Assembly (NCBI RefSeq): GCF_030144855.1
Contig: NC_082719.1
Coordinates: 81,530,001 to 81,594,000 of the forward strand
Source: Hypanus sabinus
Lineage: Eukaryota
Reading direction: 5' to 3'
Length of the DNA stretch: 64,000 nt
In this document: positions 52,500-63,039 of the stretch, piece by piece
Layout: every line of letters begins with the position of its first letter
Position numbering within the stretch: position 1 is the stretch's first letter
Notes under the pieces: model-generated
What the model was told of the DNA's origin: nothing
Databases searched by the model: none
The model's input: the letters and a program-made list of their open reading frames with translations, nothing else
Translations under genes and position numbers: made by a program

Positions 52500-52784
52500 C
52501 CACATGTAACCTGTGGAGATCAACTGGTACACAGCATCTTTCTACAAAGTTTGTCTTCCCTCGCAGTTGGCCTTGGTTTAGACCACTTCCTTTCCAGAAG
52601 GACTGATCCGCCTCACCATAAAATCAGTACTCAAGAACCTGTTTCACATGAATGGGCTTGGCTGTCAACTTTCTCTGCTGCTATTAAGAGTGCTGAAGCG
52701 CTGGCAAAAGGAACCACCTTCCCAGAAGCCTTTAGTGTTCCACACTTCAGCCAAGTTTCAGATTCAGAATTCGTCAAAGCATTG
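52500..52784 (+). CDS. HERC1: HERC1-like exon 15: PHVTCGDQLVHSIFLQSLSSLAVGLGLDHF...HEWAWLSTFSAAIKSAEALAKGTTFPEAFSVP...KAL
   Basis: ttccag acceptor, TTG|gtagga donor, phase 0-0. Confidence 0.92.
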
Positions 52785-53012
52785 GTAGGATTTTAAAAAT
52801 TGACTTTTAAATGTATTCTCCATGAATAAATACTTGATTTATTTTAACCCCTCCAAAAGTAATAATTATGATAGATTAGTGAGTGCCTTTAGTTATGGAT
52901 GAATTGCTATATTATCAGCTTAGCTACAATGTTGCAATTGACTATGATTGTGTTCTTATTCTTACAGCCACATTGAGTTCCTGCTGTTGTAAATTTTTAA
53001 TCCTAATGTCGC

Positions 53013-53846
53013 CATCAAATCTGTAGATAAAGGGGGTCCTGTTGTATTCTGGCAGACTGACCTCTACCTTGCCGAGGCCAGGCGACAACTGGCCTCCTCT
53101 TACTCCTTGAAAAGGACCCCACTAAGGAGCACCAGGTCATTATCTCCCACAGCATCATCAACTTTATTAATTCTGGGGATCTCCCATCCACTGCCACCAA
53201 CCTCATAGTTCTGTTACCCTGCACCTCCCATTTTCACCTCCTACCCAAAATCCACAAACCTACCTATCCAGGTAGACCCATTGTTTCTGCTTGTTCCTGC
53301 CCCACTGCCTTATATCAGCATACCTCAACTCTGTTTTATTCCCCCCTCGTTCAGTCCCTTCCTATCGACATCCATGACACTTCATGCGCTCTTGATCTTT
53401 TCAATAGTTCAAGTTCCCTGACTGCAATAGTCTCATTTTCACTATGGATGTCCAGTCTCTGTACACCTCCATCCCCCATCAGGAAGGCCTCAAAGCTTTC
53501 CATTTCTTTCTGGACACCAGACACAACCAATTCCTCTCCTACCACCACTCTCCTCCATCTGGTGGAACTGGTCCTCACTCTCAATAATTTTACCTTGGGC
53601 TCCTCCCACTTCCTTCAAGCAAAAGGTGTACCCATAGGCACTTGCATGGGTCCCAGCTCTGCCTGCCTTTTTCTCAGCTGTGCGGACCAGTGTATGTTCC
53701 AAGCCTACAGCCATAGCACACTCCAACTTCTCCTACACTACATCGACGACTGCACTGGAGCTTCTTCCTGCTCCTGTGCTGAGCTCATCGACTTCATCAA
53801 TTTTGCCTCCAACTTTCACCCTGTACTCAAATTTACCTTGTCCATT
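53013..53846 (+). mobile_element. Penelope-like element RT
   Basis: IKSVDKGGPVV, LLPKIHKP..PGRPIVS, MDVQSLYTSIP, GVPIGTCMGP, YIDD. Confidence 0.88.
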
Positions 53847-54505
53847 TCAGAATCAGAATCAGGTTTATTATCACTGGCATGTGACGTGAAATTTGTCAAC
53901 TTAGCAGCAGCAGTTCAATGCAATGCATAATCTAGCAGAGACAGAAAAAAATAGGAATAATAAATAAAATAAAACATAATAAATAATCAAGTAAATTACA
54001 CATATTGAATAGATTATTAAAAATGTGCAAAAACAAAGATACTGTATATTAAAAAAGTGAGGTAGTGTCTAAAGCTTCAAAGTCCATTCAGGAATCGGAT
54101 GACAGAGGGGAAGAAGCTGTTCCTGAATCACTGAGTGTGTGCCTTCAGGCTTCTGTATCTCCTTCCTGATGGTAACAGTGAGAAAAGGACATGCCCTTGG
54201 TGCTGGAGGTCCTTAATAATGGACGCTGCCTTTCTGAGACACCTCTCCCTAAATCCTGGGTATTTTGTAGGCTAGTGCCCAAGATGGAGATGATAGATTT
54301 ACAACCTCCTGCAGCTTTGTTCGGTCTTGTGCAGTAGCCCCTCCATACAAGACAGTGATGCAGCCTGTCAGAATGCGCTCCACGGTACAACTATAGAAGT
54401 TTTTTAGTGTATTTGTTGACAGGCCAAAAGTATAGCTGCTGTCTTGCCTTCTTTATGACTACATCAGTGTATTGGGACCAGGTTAGATCCTCAGAGATCT
54501 TGACA
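53847..54505 (-). mobile_element. Rex family A 3' part, left arm of an inverted dimer
   Basis: Reverse tail cagaatcagaatcaggtttatta; complementary to 54913-55450. Confidence 0.88.
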
Positions 54506-56776
54506 TGCCTCTGTACCACCTCCTGCAATTGGAAGACCACAATCAGTACGGATTGGTGATAACATATTCTCCTCGCTGACAGTCAACACTGGCACACCTC
54601 AGGGATACATTCTTAGCCCACTGCTCTACTCCCTATATACACGACTGTGCGGCTAGGCATAGCTCAAATACCATACATAAATTTGCTGACAATGCAACCA
54701 TTGTTGGTAGAATCTCAGGTGGTGACAAGAGAGTGTACAGAAGTGAGATATGCCAACTAGTAGAGTGGTGCCACAGCAACAACCTGGCACTCAACGTCTA
54801 TAAGGCGAAAGAGCTGATTGTGGACCTCAGGCAGGGTAAGACGAAGGAATACGTACCAACCCTCATAGAGAGATCAGAAGTGGAGAGAGTGAGCAGTTTC
54901 AACTTCCTGGGTGTCAAGATCTCTGAGGACCTAACCTGGTCCCAACATCTTGATATAGTCATAAAGAAGGCAAGACAGTGGCTATGCTTTTGGCATGTCA
55001 ACAAATACACTCAAAAACTTCTATAGTTGTACCGTGGAGAGTATTCTGACAGGCTGCATCACTGTCTGGTATGGAGGGGCTACTGCACAGGACTGAAAGA
55101 AGCTGCAGAGGTTTGTAAATTTAGTCAGCTTCATCTTGGGTACTACCCTACGAAGTACCCAGTACATCTTCAGGGAGTGGTGTGTCAGAAAGGCAGCATC
55201 CATTATTAAGGACCTCCAGCACCCAGGGCAAGCCCATTTCGCATTGTTATCATCAGGTAGGAGGTATCGCTGAAGGTACACACTCAGTGATTCAGGACCA
55301 GCTTCTTGCTATCTGCCAACTGAATCCTAATTGAGCACTGAACCCTTGAACACTACCTCACATTTTGAATATACCGTATTTCTGTGTTTTGCAGGTTTTT
55401 TAATCCATTCAATATATGTATACTGTAATTGATTCATTATTTATTGTTATTTTAGACAATATACAATAGGTGCAGGAGTAGGCCATTTGGCCCTTCGAGC
55501 CAGCACCACCATTCATTGTGATATGGCTAATCATCCACAATCAGTACCCCATTCCTGCCTTCTCACCATATCCCTTGACTCTGCTGTCTTTAAGAGCTCT
55601 ATCTAACTCTTTCTTGAAAGCATCCAGAGAATTGGCCTCCACTGCCTTCTGAGACAGAGCATTCCATAGATCCACAACTCTCTGGGTGAAAAAGTTTTTC
55701 CTGAACTCCGTTCTAAATGGCCTACCCCTTATTCTTAAACTGTGGCCTCTGGTTCTGGACTCCCCCAACATCGGGAACATGTTTCCTGCCTCTAGCTTGT
55801 CCAATCCTTTAATAATCTTATATGTTTCAATCAGATCCCCTCTCATCATTCTAACTTCCAGTGTCTACAAGCCCAGTCGCTCCAATCTTTCAACATATGA
55901 CAGCCCCGCCATCCCAGAAATTAACCTCGTGAACCTACGCTGCACTCCCTCAATAGCAAGAATGTCCTTCCTCAAATTTGGAGACCAAAACTGAATGCAA
56001 TACTCCAGGTGGGATCTCACCAGGGCCCTGTACAACTGCAGAAGGACCTCTTTGCTCCTATACTCAACTACCCTTGTTATGAAGGCCAACATCTTTCTTC
56101 ATTGCCTGCTGTACCTGCATGCTTACTTTCAGTGACTGATGTACAAGAACACCTAGATCTCATTGTACTTCCCCTTTTCCTAACTTGACACCATTCAGAT
56201 AGTAATCTGCCATCCTGTTCTTGCCACCAAAGTGGATAACCTCACATTTATCCACATTAAACTACATCTGCCCACTCACCCAACCTGTCCAAGTCACCCT
56301 GCAATCTCCTAACATCCTCCTCGTAATTCACACTGCCACCCAACTTTGTGTCATCTGCAAATTTGCTAATGTTACTTTTAATCCCTTCATCTAAATCATT
56401 TCATGTATATTATAAATAGCTGCAGTCCCAGCAGCAAGCATTGCGGTACCCCACTAGTCACTGCCTGCCATTCTGAAAAGGACCTGTTAATCCCTCCTCT
56501 TTGTTTCCTATCTGCCAACCAATTTTCTATCCATGTTAGTACCCTACCCCCAATACCATGTGCTCTAATTTTGCCCATAATCTCCTATGTGGGACCTTAT
56601 CAAAGGCTTTCTGCAAGTCCAGGTACACTACATCCATTGGCTCTCCCTTGTCCATTTTCATAGTTACATCCTGAAAACATTTTGTTCTCTCTTCTATATT
56701 ATGTTTTGCATTGAACTGCTGCAGCTAAGTTAACAAATTTCACATCACATGCCGATGATAATAAACCTGATTCTGA
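54506..56776 (+). mobile_element. Rex family A, right arm of the inverted dimer (interrupted by a CR1)
   Basis: KFADNATIVG, YRSEICQLVEWC; 3' UTR resumes at about 56678 and ends ATAAACCTGATTCTGA at 56776. Confidence 0.85.
55454..56677 (-). mobile_element. CR1 LINE, 5'-truncated, nested in the Rex 3' UTR
   Basis: TSGVPQ, LVRSHLEYCIQFWSP, MRGDLIETYKI; (GACAATA) reverse tail. Confidence 0.9.
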
Positions 56777-57525
56777 CACTTAACCTGTGAGTCCGTTGGG
56801 GTCATCTACTGTATCCAGTGTTCCTAATGTGGCTTCCTATGTATCGGGGAGACCTGACATAGATTAGGAGATTGCATCACCGAGCACCTATGCTTCATTC
56901 ACCAGAAAAAGCGGGATCTCCCAGTGGCCACTCATTCTAATTCTACTTTCCATTCCCTTTCTGATATGTCTGTCCATATAGCCTCATCGACTGTCTTGAT
57001 GTGGCCACACTCAGTTTGGAGGAACAACACCATATATTCCATCTGGGCAGCCTCCAACCTCATGGCATGAATATCAATTTCTCAAACTTCTAGTAATTGC
57101 ACACACCCCCTCCCCCGTTCACCATTCCCCATTCCTATTTCCCTCTCCCTACCTGCCCATCACCCCCCACTGGTACTCCTCCCCCCCCCCCCAGCCTTGC
57201 TTCCATGACCTTCTGTCCTCTCCTATCAGATTCCTCTCTCCAGCCCTTCACCAATCTTTCTTTCCAGCTCTTTACTTCTCCTCTCCCTTACCCTTTTCCC
57301 TCTCCTAGTTTCATCAATCAAATTACTACCTTGTACTTATTCCTCCCCTCCCTGCACCTTCTTACACTGGCTTCTCATCTTTTTTCTTCAGTCCTGAAGA
57401 AGGATCTCAGCCCAAAATATCAACTGTTTATCCTTTTCCATAGATGCTGCCTGGCCTGCTGAGTTCCTCCAGCATTTATTATGTGTTGTTTGGATTTCCA
57501 GCATCTGCAGATTTTCTCTTGTTTT
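56777..57525 (+). mobile_element. Penelope-like GIY-YIG end, pyrimidine-rich UTR and hammerhead tail
   Basis: HLTCESVGVIYCIQCS*CGFLCIGET; LGSLQPHGMNINFSNF*; tail matches 850-985. Confidence 0.85.
57389..57426 (+). ncRNA. Degenerate minimal hammerhead ribozyme
   Basis: CAGTC-CTGAAGA-AGGATCTCAGCCC-AAAAT-ATC-AACTG; G12 lost, consistent with CpG decay. Confidence 0.55.
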
Positions 57526-58050
57526 TAACAGATTTTGGAAACGTTTCTTGAGGGATGAATGTTGTTTTGAGTAAACTTCGTTAATTTGAATTTGTATTCT
57601 GCCTGGGGAGGGAAATGGAGTATTTCTTTAATTTTGTGGTAATGTCACCTCACATTTTGGAGTCAGACTTAAACCTACTGCTATGTAATTTAATAGTGCC
57701 AAAGAAACAAACTAAAATGTGTGTGTATAAGTATGGAAATAATTATCTAAGGAATAGTCATAAAGCAATACAACATAAAACCATGCCCTTCAGCCCATCT
57801 AGTCTGTGAGCAAATTTTCATTAGCACGTACTGAAAGGCTGTCAATTGTGGTAAATTGTCTACAGTCTATGACAAGGCATTTTTAAAGGAGTAAAATTTC
57901 AGTTTTGTTTTAATCTGAGATTGTTAACTGAAGCTTTTGAATTATAAAATTAAATAATAATGGTTAATGGCACAACAATACAAATAATAGTCACTTTAAT
58001 AAGTTTCCTTTTCCCATTACAAATGTTCAGTGTATATTTTCATTTAACAG

Positions 58051-58116
58051 GAAAACAGCAACTGGAGTTATGTTATGGATGAGCAGCTTATGACCTGGGC
58101 CACATCTAAACCAGAG
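58051..58116 (+). CDS. HERC1: HERC1-like exon 16: ENSNWSYVMDEQLMTWATSKPE
   Basis: taacag acceptor, GAG|gtaaaa donor, 66 nt, phase 0-0. Confidence 0.9.
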
Positions 58117-58620
58117 GTAAAAAGTTTGCATGATGTAATGCAGTTGAAAATTATTTTCCTAATTTTGTATTAATTAGGTTACTTGATGGCATAAAACAAT
58201 AAATGCTCTGCATATAGTATCTGGAAAGCTAGTTGCATGCTGCCCTTGTCTTCAAAATGCCTTTGTAACAGTCTCAAAAAAGTAAAATAGATATTAGAAA
58301 TAGTCAACATCTGTAGAGAGTGAGAGAGATTTAATGTTTCAGCTCAAAGGATTATTCTTTACCCCTGAATTTTATGTTAATTGTCTCAACTAAGTCTGCC
58401 AGATTGGTAGAGTTTCTGTCAGCTCTGTGCCGTTAGGTTAAAGGTGTCAAAATGCATTTGAGTCTACCTAGTCTGATGCATAAAAGACCCTTACGCTTAG
58501 AACTTACAAGCAGATTGTATTCATCCTTATATTGGAAAATAAAAATGATTTGTATTTAATCAGATGTATCATCTTTTCCTTATCATCATATGTGAATAAT
58601 GTAAGATTTGCTTTTTTTAG

Positions 58621-58746
58621 GACTGGCAACTAGGTGGCAAAAGTGAAGTATTTCTGTGGGGAAGTGGACATCATGGACAACTGTCTGATGCTGGAAATAG
58701 TGCTTTAATACCAACTCTTGCACCATCTTTGACACAAGCTGTGCAG
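58621..58746 (+). CDS. HERC1: HERC1-like exon 17 (start of RCC1-like domain 2): DWQLGGKSEVFLWGSGHHGQLSDAGNSALIPTLAPSLTQAVQ
   Basis: tttttag acceptor, CAG|gtaaag donor; RCC1 WG-x-G-x-HGQL motif. Confidence 0.92.
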
Positions 58747-59472
58747 GTAAAGATTTTGTTTTCTTTCAGCTGTAAGTTAGAAATTATTAACTTCAATGTA
58801 AATCAAATTTTGAAGATTAAAATTATGCAACTGCAGTTAACCAACTTGACAACTCCTTGAATGTTAGCTTCAGCTCTCTTGACCTCAGCATTTTCCACAT
58901 TGGGGTAAAGCCATGTTCTAAATAAGTCTTCATGATTATATCTATAATGTAAGATATAAGGAATTGTTACAAATTTATTTTTATTATTTTCTAGTAATAT
59001 CTTTCTGAATTCTGTTAATATCTTGTCCCAGTTTTGCTGTGGTGATGATGATGAAGATTTACCTTATGTAGTCTTGTGAGAGCTATTAAGCTATCTCAAA
59101 AGGTTTCTAAAATATTCTCAAATGTCTGTACTATTCATAAACATTTATAAATGACACTAGCATTTAAAAATCTAAAAATGCAGTTGCTTAAAATTAGAAC
59201 CTACTTAAATTAATTAAAATATACTAAAGTAAGTAAAGTAAAATAAAATACTGTCAGTTAATTACTGTTTCATTAGGGGTTGATTCACTTGAATTGGGTC
59301 CAACTATGGTATGCCAGCTACATCTGACATAAAGCTGAGTGGACAGTTCTGTAATGCAAACTTCCAACATTGACTTCTGAATTTCAATGTGCAAGTGTAA
59401 AAGTCAGTAAAGATCTATCTGAGGGACAGGTGCAATGCATTATAATTACCTTTTCATTTTTCTTGTGACTAG

Positions 59473-59611
59473 GTAGTCTGTGGGCAGAACTGCACCTTTA
59501 TTGTCCAGGCTAATGGAACTGTTGTAGCCTTTGGAGAAGGCAGCTATGGCCGCTTGGGTCAAGGAAATTCTGATGACCTTCACACTCCAACTGTTATTTC
59601 ATCCTTGCAGG
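59473..59611 (+). CDS. HERC1: HERC1-like exon 18 (RCC1 repeat): VVCGQNCTFIVQANGTVVAFGEGSYGRLGQGNSDDLHTPTVISSLQ
   Basis: gactag acceptor, G|gtaaga donor; GEGSYGRLGQG RCC1 motif. Confidence 0.94.
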
Positions 59612-59740
59612 GTAAGAATGTGCAACACTCTACAGTTGAAGCAATTGCTTAAGTATTAATTTTAATCCAGATTCTAACCAGTTTGAGGGAATCAGGGAAT
59701 CATTTTATGCAGTTGAAGATTTCTATAAAGCCACAACCTA

Positions 59741-60300
59741 CACTCAGTGGCCTCTTTATTAGGTGCACTTGTACACCTGCTTGATAATTTTAATCAGCCA
59801 ATCGTGGCAACAACTCAATGCATAAAAGCATGCTGACACAGTCAAGAGGTTCAGTTGTTGTTCAGACCAAACAATCAGAATGGGGAAGAAATATGATCTA
59901 AATGACCTTGACCTTGGAATGATTGTTAGTGCCAGATGGAGTAGTTTGAGTATCTTAGAGACTGCTGATTTCCTGAGATGTTTATGTACAAGTCTCTAGA
60001 GTTTACAGAGAATATTGCAAAAAAAGAAACAACATCCAGTGAGTGGCAGTTCTGGGAGCAAAATCGCCTTGCTATTGAGAGAGGAGAATGGCCGGGCTAG
60101 TTCAAGCTAACAGGAAGGTGACGTAACCCAAATAACCCTGAGTTACATCAGCAGAATGCAGAAGAGCAGCTCCTAATGCACAACATGTCGTACTTTGAAA
60201 TGGATAGGTTACAGCAGCAGAAGACCATGTACATACAGAAATATACTCAGTGGTCACTTTATTAGGTACCTTTTGTACCTAATAAAGTGGCCACTGGGCA
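59741..60300 (+). mobile_element. Non-autonomous Tc1-like element with three TIR copies
   Basis: TIR CACTCAGTGGCC(A/T)CTTTATTAGGT after TA; MGKKYDLNDLDLGMIVSAR transposase remnant; terminal hairpin at 60244-60300 followed by TA. Confidence 0.8.
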
Positions 60301-60699
60301 TATATTGCTCATAATCATCAGCTCAAATGCTCAACCCTGGAATTTTCAAGATAAGACCACGGCAGACTTTTACTTTGACTCTGGACAAAAAACCATATCC
60401 TGCAACCTGAGAGATGCAAACTGATCTTCCTAAAGGATTTCAGTTCTAGGATCGAAGAAGATTCAATCTTTTGGAAAAGTGAATTGGCAAGAAGTAGAGA
60501 AAAGTTAACTCTAATGGAGCCCTCCTTGTTTTAACTGCTTCGATTGGTCTTGTCATAATCAATATCCAGTCAGACAGAGGAGCGAAATATCTCATGTTCG
60601 GCACAACTTAGTGTGCCAAAGGGCCTGTATTGTGCTGTAGGTTTTCAATGTTTCTACGTTTCATGGAAATCACTCCAGATTGAGCTAGTAGTATCATTG

Positions 60700-61760
60700 T
60701 GTAAAAGAAACCACATCTCCTCCACAGTGACCATCAGCACCAATGCACCAATGTGTGTTTGCCCGCTGCTCTACACTTACTTTATATTTATGACCTTAAG
60801 GCTCCAATGCCATATTTATGTTGGCTGACAACACTATTGTTGACCAAATTAAAGCTGGGAAATTGAAAAAGGTGGTGACGTATAAGAGGGAGAATGGAAA
60901 TCTGGCTGAATGTTGCCACAACAGCCACCTCACACACAATGTCGGCAGAACCAAAGAGCTGATTATTGACGACCGGAGGATGAAATGGAGATCCATGAGC
61001 CAGTCCTCTTCAGGGAATTAGAGGTGGAGAGGGTCAGTAACTTTAAATTCCTCATTATCATTTCAGAGGATCTGTCCTGGGAGCAGCACGTAAGTGCCGT
61101 TACAAAGAAACCATAGAAATGCCTCTACCTTAGAAGTTTGCAGAGATCTGAAACTTTGACAAACTTCTCTAGGTACAGAGTGGAGATTGCCTTGACAGGT
61201 GGCATCACGACCTACAATGGCAACACCAATATCCTTGAACAGAAAAGCCTACAAGAAGAAGTGAATACAGTCCAGTCCATCACAAGTAAAGCCCTCCCCA
61301 GCACTGAGCACATCTACACAGTGTGCTGTCACAGGAAAGCAGAATCGATCATTCAGTCCATGCTCTCTTCTTGCCACGGCCATCAGGGAGAAGGTACATG
61401 AGTTTTAGGACCCACACCACCAGGTTCAGGAACAGTTATTATTCCTCAACCATCAGGCTCCTGAACCAGCAAAGGTAATGTCAATCACCTTGACACTGAA
61501 TTGATTCCACAACCTACAGACTCACTTTCAAGGACTCTACAACTTCTCAATATTATTTAATGCTTATTTATTATTACTAGGTTGCTTTTATTTTTGCCTT
61601 TGCTGAATTTTTCGTCTTTGCTACATTGGTTGTTGGGATGCATTTGTGTGTAGCTTTTCATTTATCCATTTGTGCTTCTTTATATCTACCATGAATGTCC
61701 ACAAGAAAATAAATCTGAGGGTAGTGACATATGTGTACTTTGATGATAAATCTACTTTGA
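60700..61760 (+). mobile_element. Decayed Rex1/Babar LINE
   Basis: LADNTIV, NVGRTKELIID, gaggtggagagggtcagtaactttaaattcc; tail gataaatctactttga. Confidence 0.75.
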
Positions 61761-63039
61761 ACAATGGTGCATACGTCACTGGTAAGTTGGTTAAGTGCTG
61801 TCAGATTGACTGCTGCTTAAATCTGCTCAATGTAAGTAACAATAACAATAGAAATTTGTTAGACATTTTGAGGACCCAACAGAATTGCGTAATTCTTTCT
61901 AACAATCACTCTCATGGACAACCCAATAACCCAAACCAGCAGGAGCAATGCTCTCTCTGTAGCACCTGGATTGCCCAAATGTCCACTAGAAGTAGCATCT
62001 GTGAACAGATTCCTGGCTTCTCTACAATAAAAAAAATGACTAATTTAATCAGAATGACCAAGAAATTTGAGGATAATTAACTTTCATTACTGTATTCTTG
62101 GATCTGAAGGTGCACCATATCTTAAAGCATCTGAAGGTTGAGCTTTGATAGAATTCCCATAAGATAAGGAGAAAGGATGACAAGTGGAATGAGAGCAGGG
62201 TGTACATGGCTCACAGATAACCATAATAACCTTAATCCTTGTCATGATTATCTGCACCCCTAGCACTTGTGCCCACCCTACTGATAGCAAAGATTAAAGG
62301 AAGCTTATCAAGAACTTGAGCAACAGTCAGCATCCGCTGCAAAGAGGCTCTGCAAAGAATTGAAATGAAAGCTGAATATATAGAAAGCTCACAACATATC
62401 AAGCAATATCAGTGGAAGAGAAAAGGTTAATATTCCAGCTCCAAGACTTTCATTAGGACTAGGAAAGAAGGATTTTTTTAAGAAATAGATTCAGTGAAAT
62501 AAAAGCAGTCTGAATCAATGGGCTATCTGGACGCCCGGCTTGTGGGTCTTACACAGAAGGTTAAGTGGGTTTTGCGGCACTACAAGGTTAGAAGCTGTAA
62601 ATGGAAGATCCACCAAAAACTGAAGCTCGTTTCAACCATTCAGCCTGAATGGTTAACTGTTAGTCTTTCCACAGATACTGCCTGACTTACAGATGATTTC
62701 TAGTATTTTCTTTATTTATTTCAAGTAAGACCTTATCCAAACCTGGACCTTTTGATTTTAGTAGCTAAGTTCAAGGTAAAGTCACAGAATTGGAGAATTA
62801 ACTTGTGAAATGGAATTTTAAAAAATTGTAGTAAAATACAAATGGGGAAAATGCATTCATTGTATTACATTTCCTAGTGTTTTAAGTTGTATTGTGATTA
62901 ATTTGTTTTCACTCTACTCTTCAAATATATAACTGTTCTGTGAATATAAGTAATTATATTTATAGACACACAGAATATATTGCAGTTGCAATCAATGTTT
63001 ATTATTTCTCCATTGTCTTGCTCTTGGTTCCATTTATAA

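Larger units (their letters stand above)
6788..59611 (+). other. HERC1: Multi-exon HERC1-family HECT E3 ubiquitin ligase gene, partial (18 exons in window; continues on both sides); possibly a HERC1 paralog
   Basis: 18 AG/GT-bounded exons splice into one open frame (phases checked). Motifs follow HERC1 order: LAGPLGLND..PVQFP.QDPLGASV, TLGEQAA, GLTDIRILVRLMCLAA, GPLELANALAACCLS, WD40 repeats (KWDPTGH), PHVTCGDQLVHS, RCC1-like GEGSYGRLGQGNSDDLH. Confidence 0.93.

Noticed and set aside
851-57426. Selection against sense-strand hammerheads in the host pre-mRNA
   Set aside because: Antisense copies are also mutated and some lesions fit CpG decay; the sample is too small.
61646-62080. 144-aa ORF
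   Set aside because: Begins in a Rex 3' UTR with a GTG start; no recognisable domain or splice signals.
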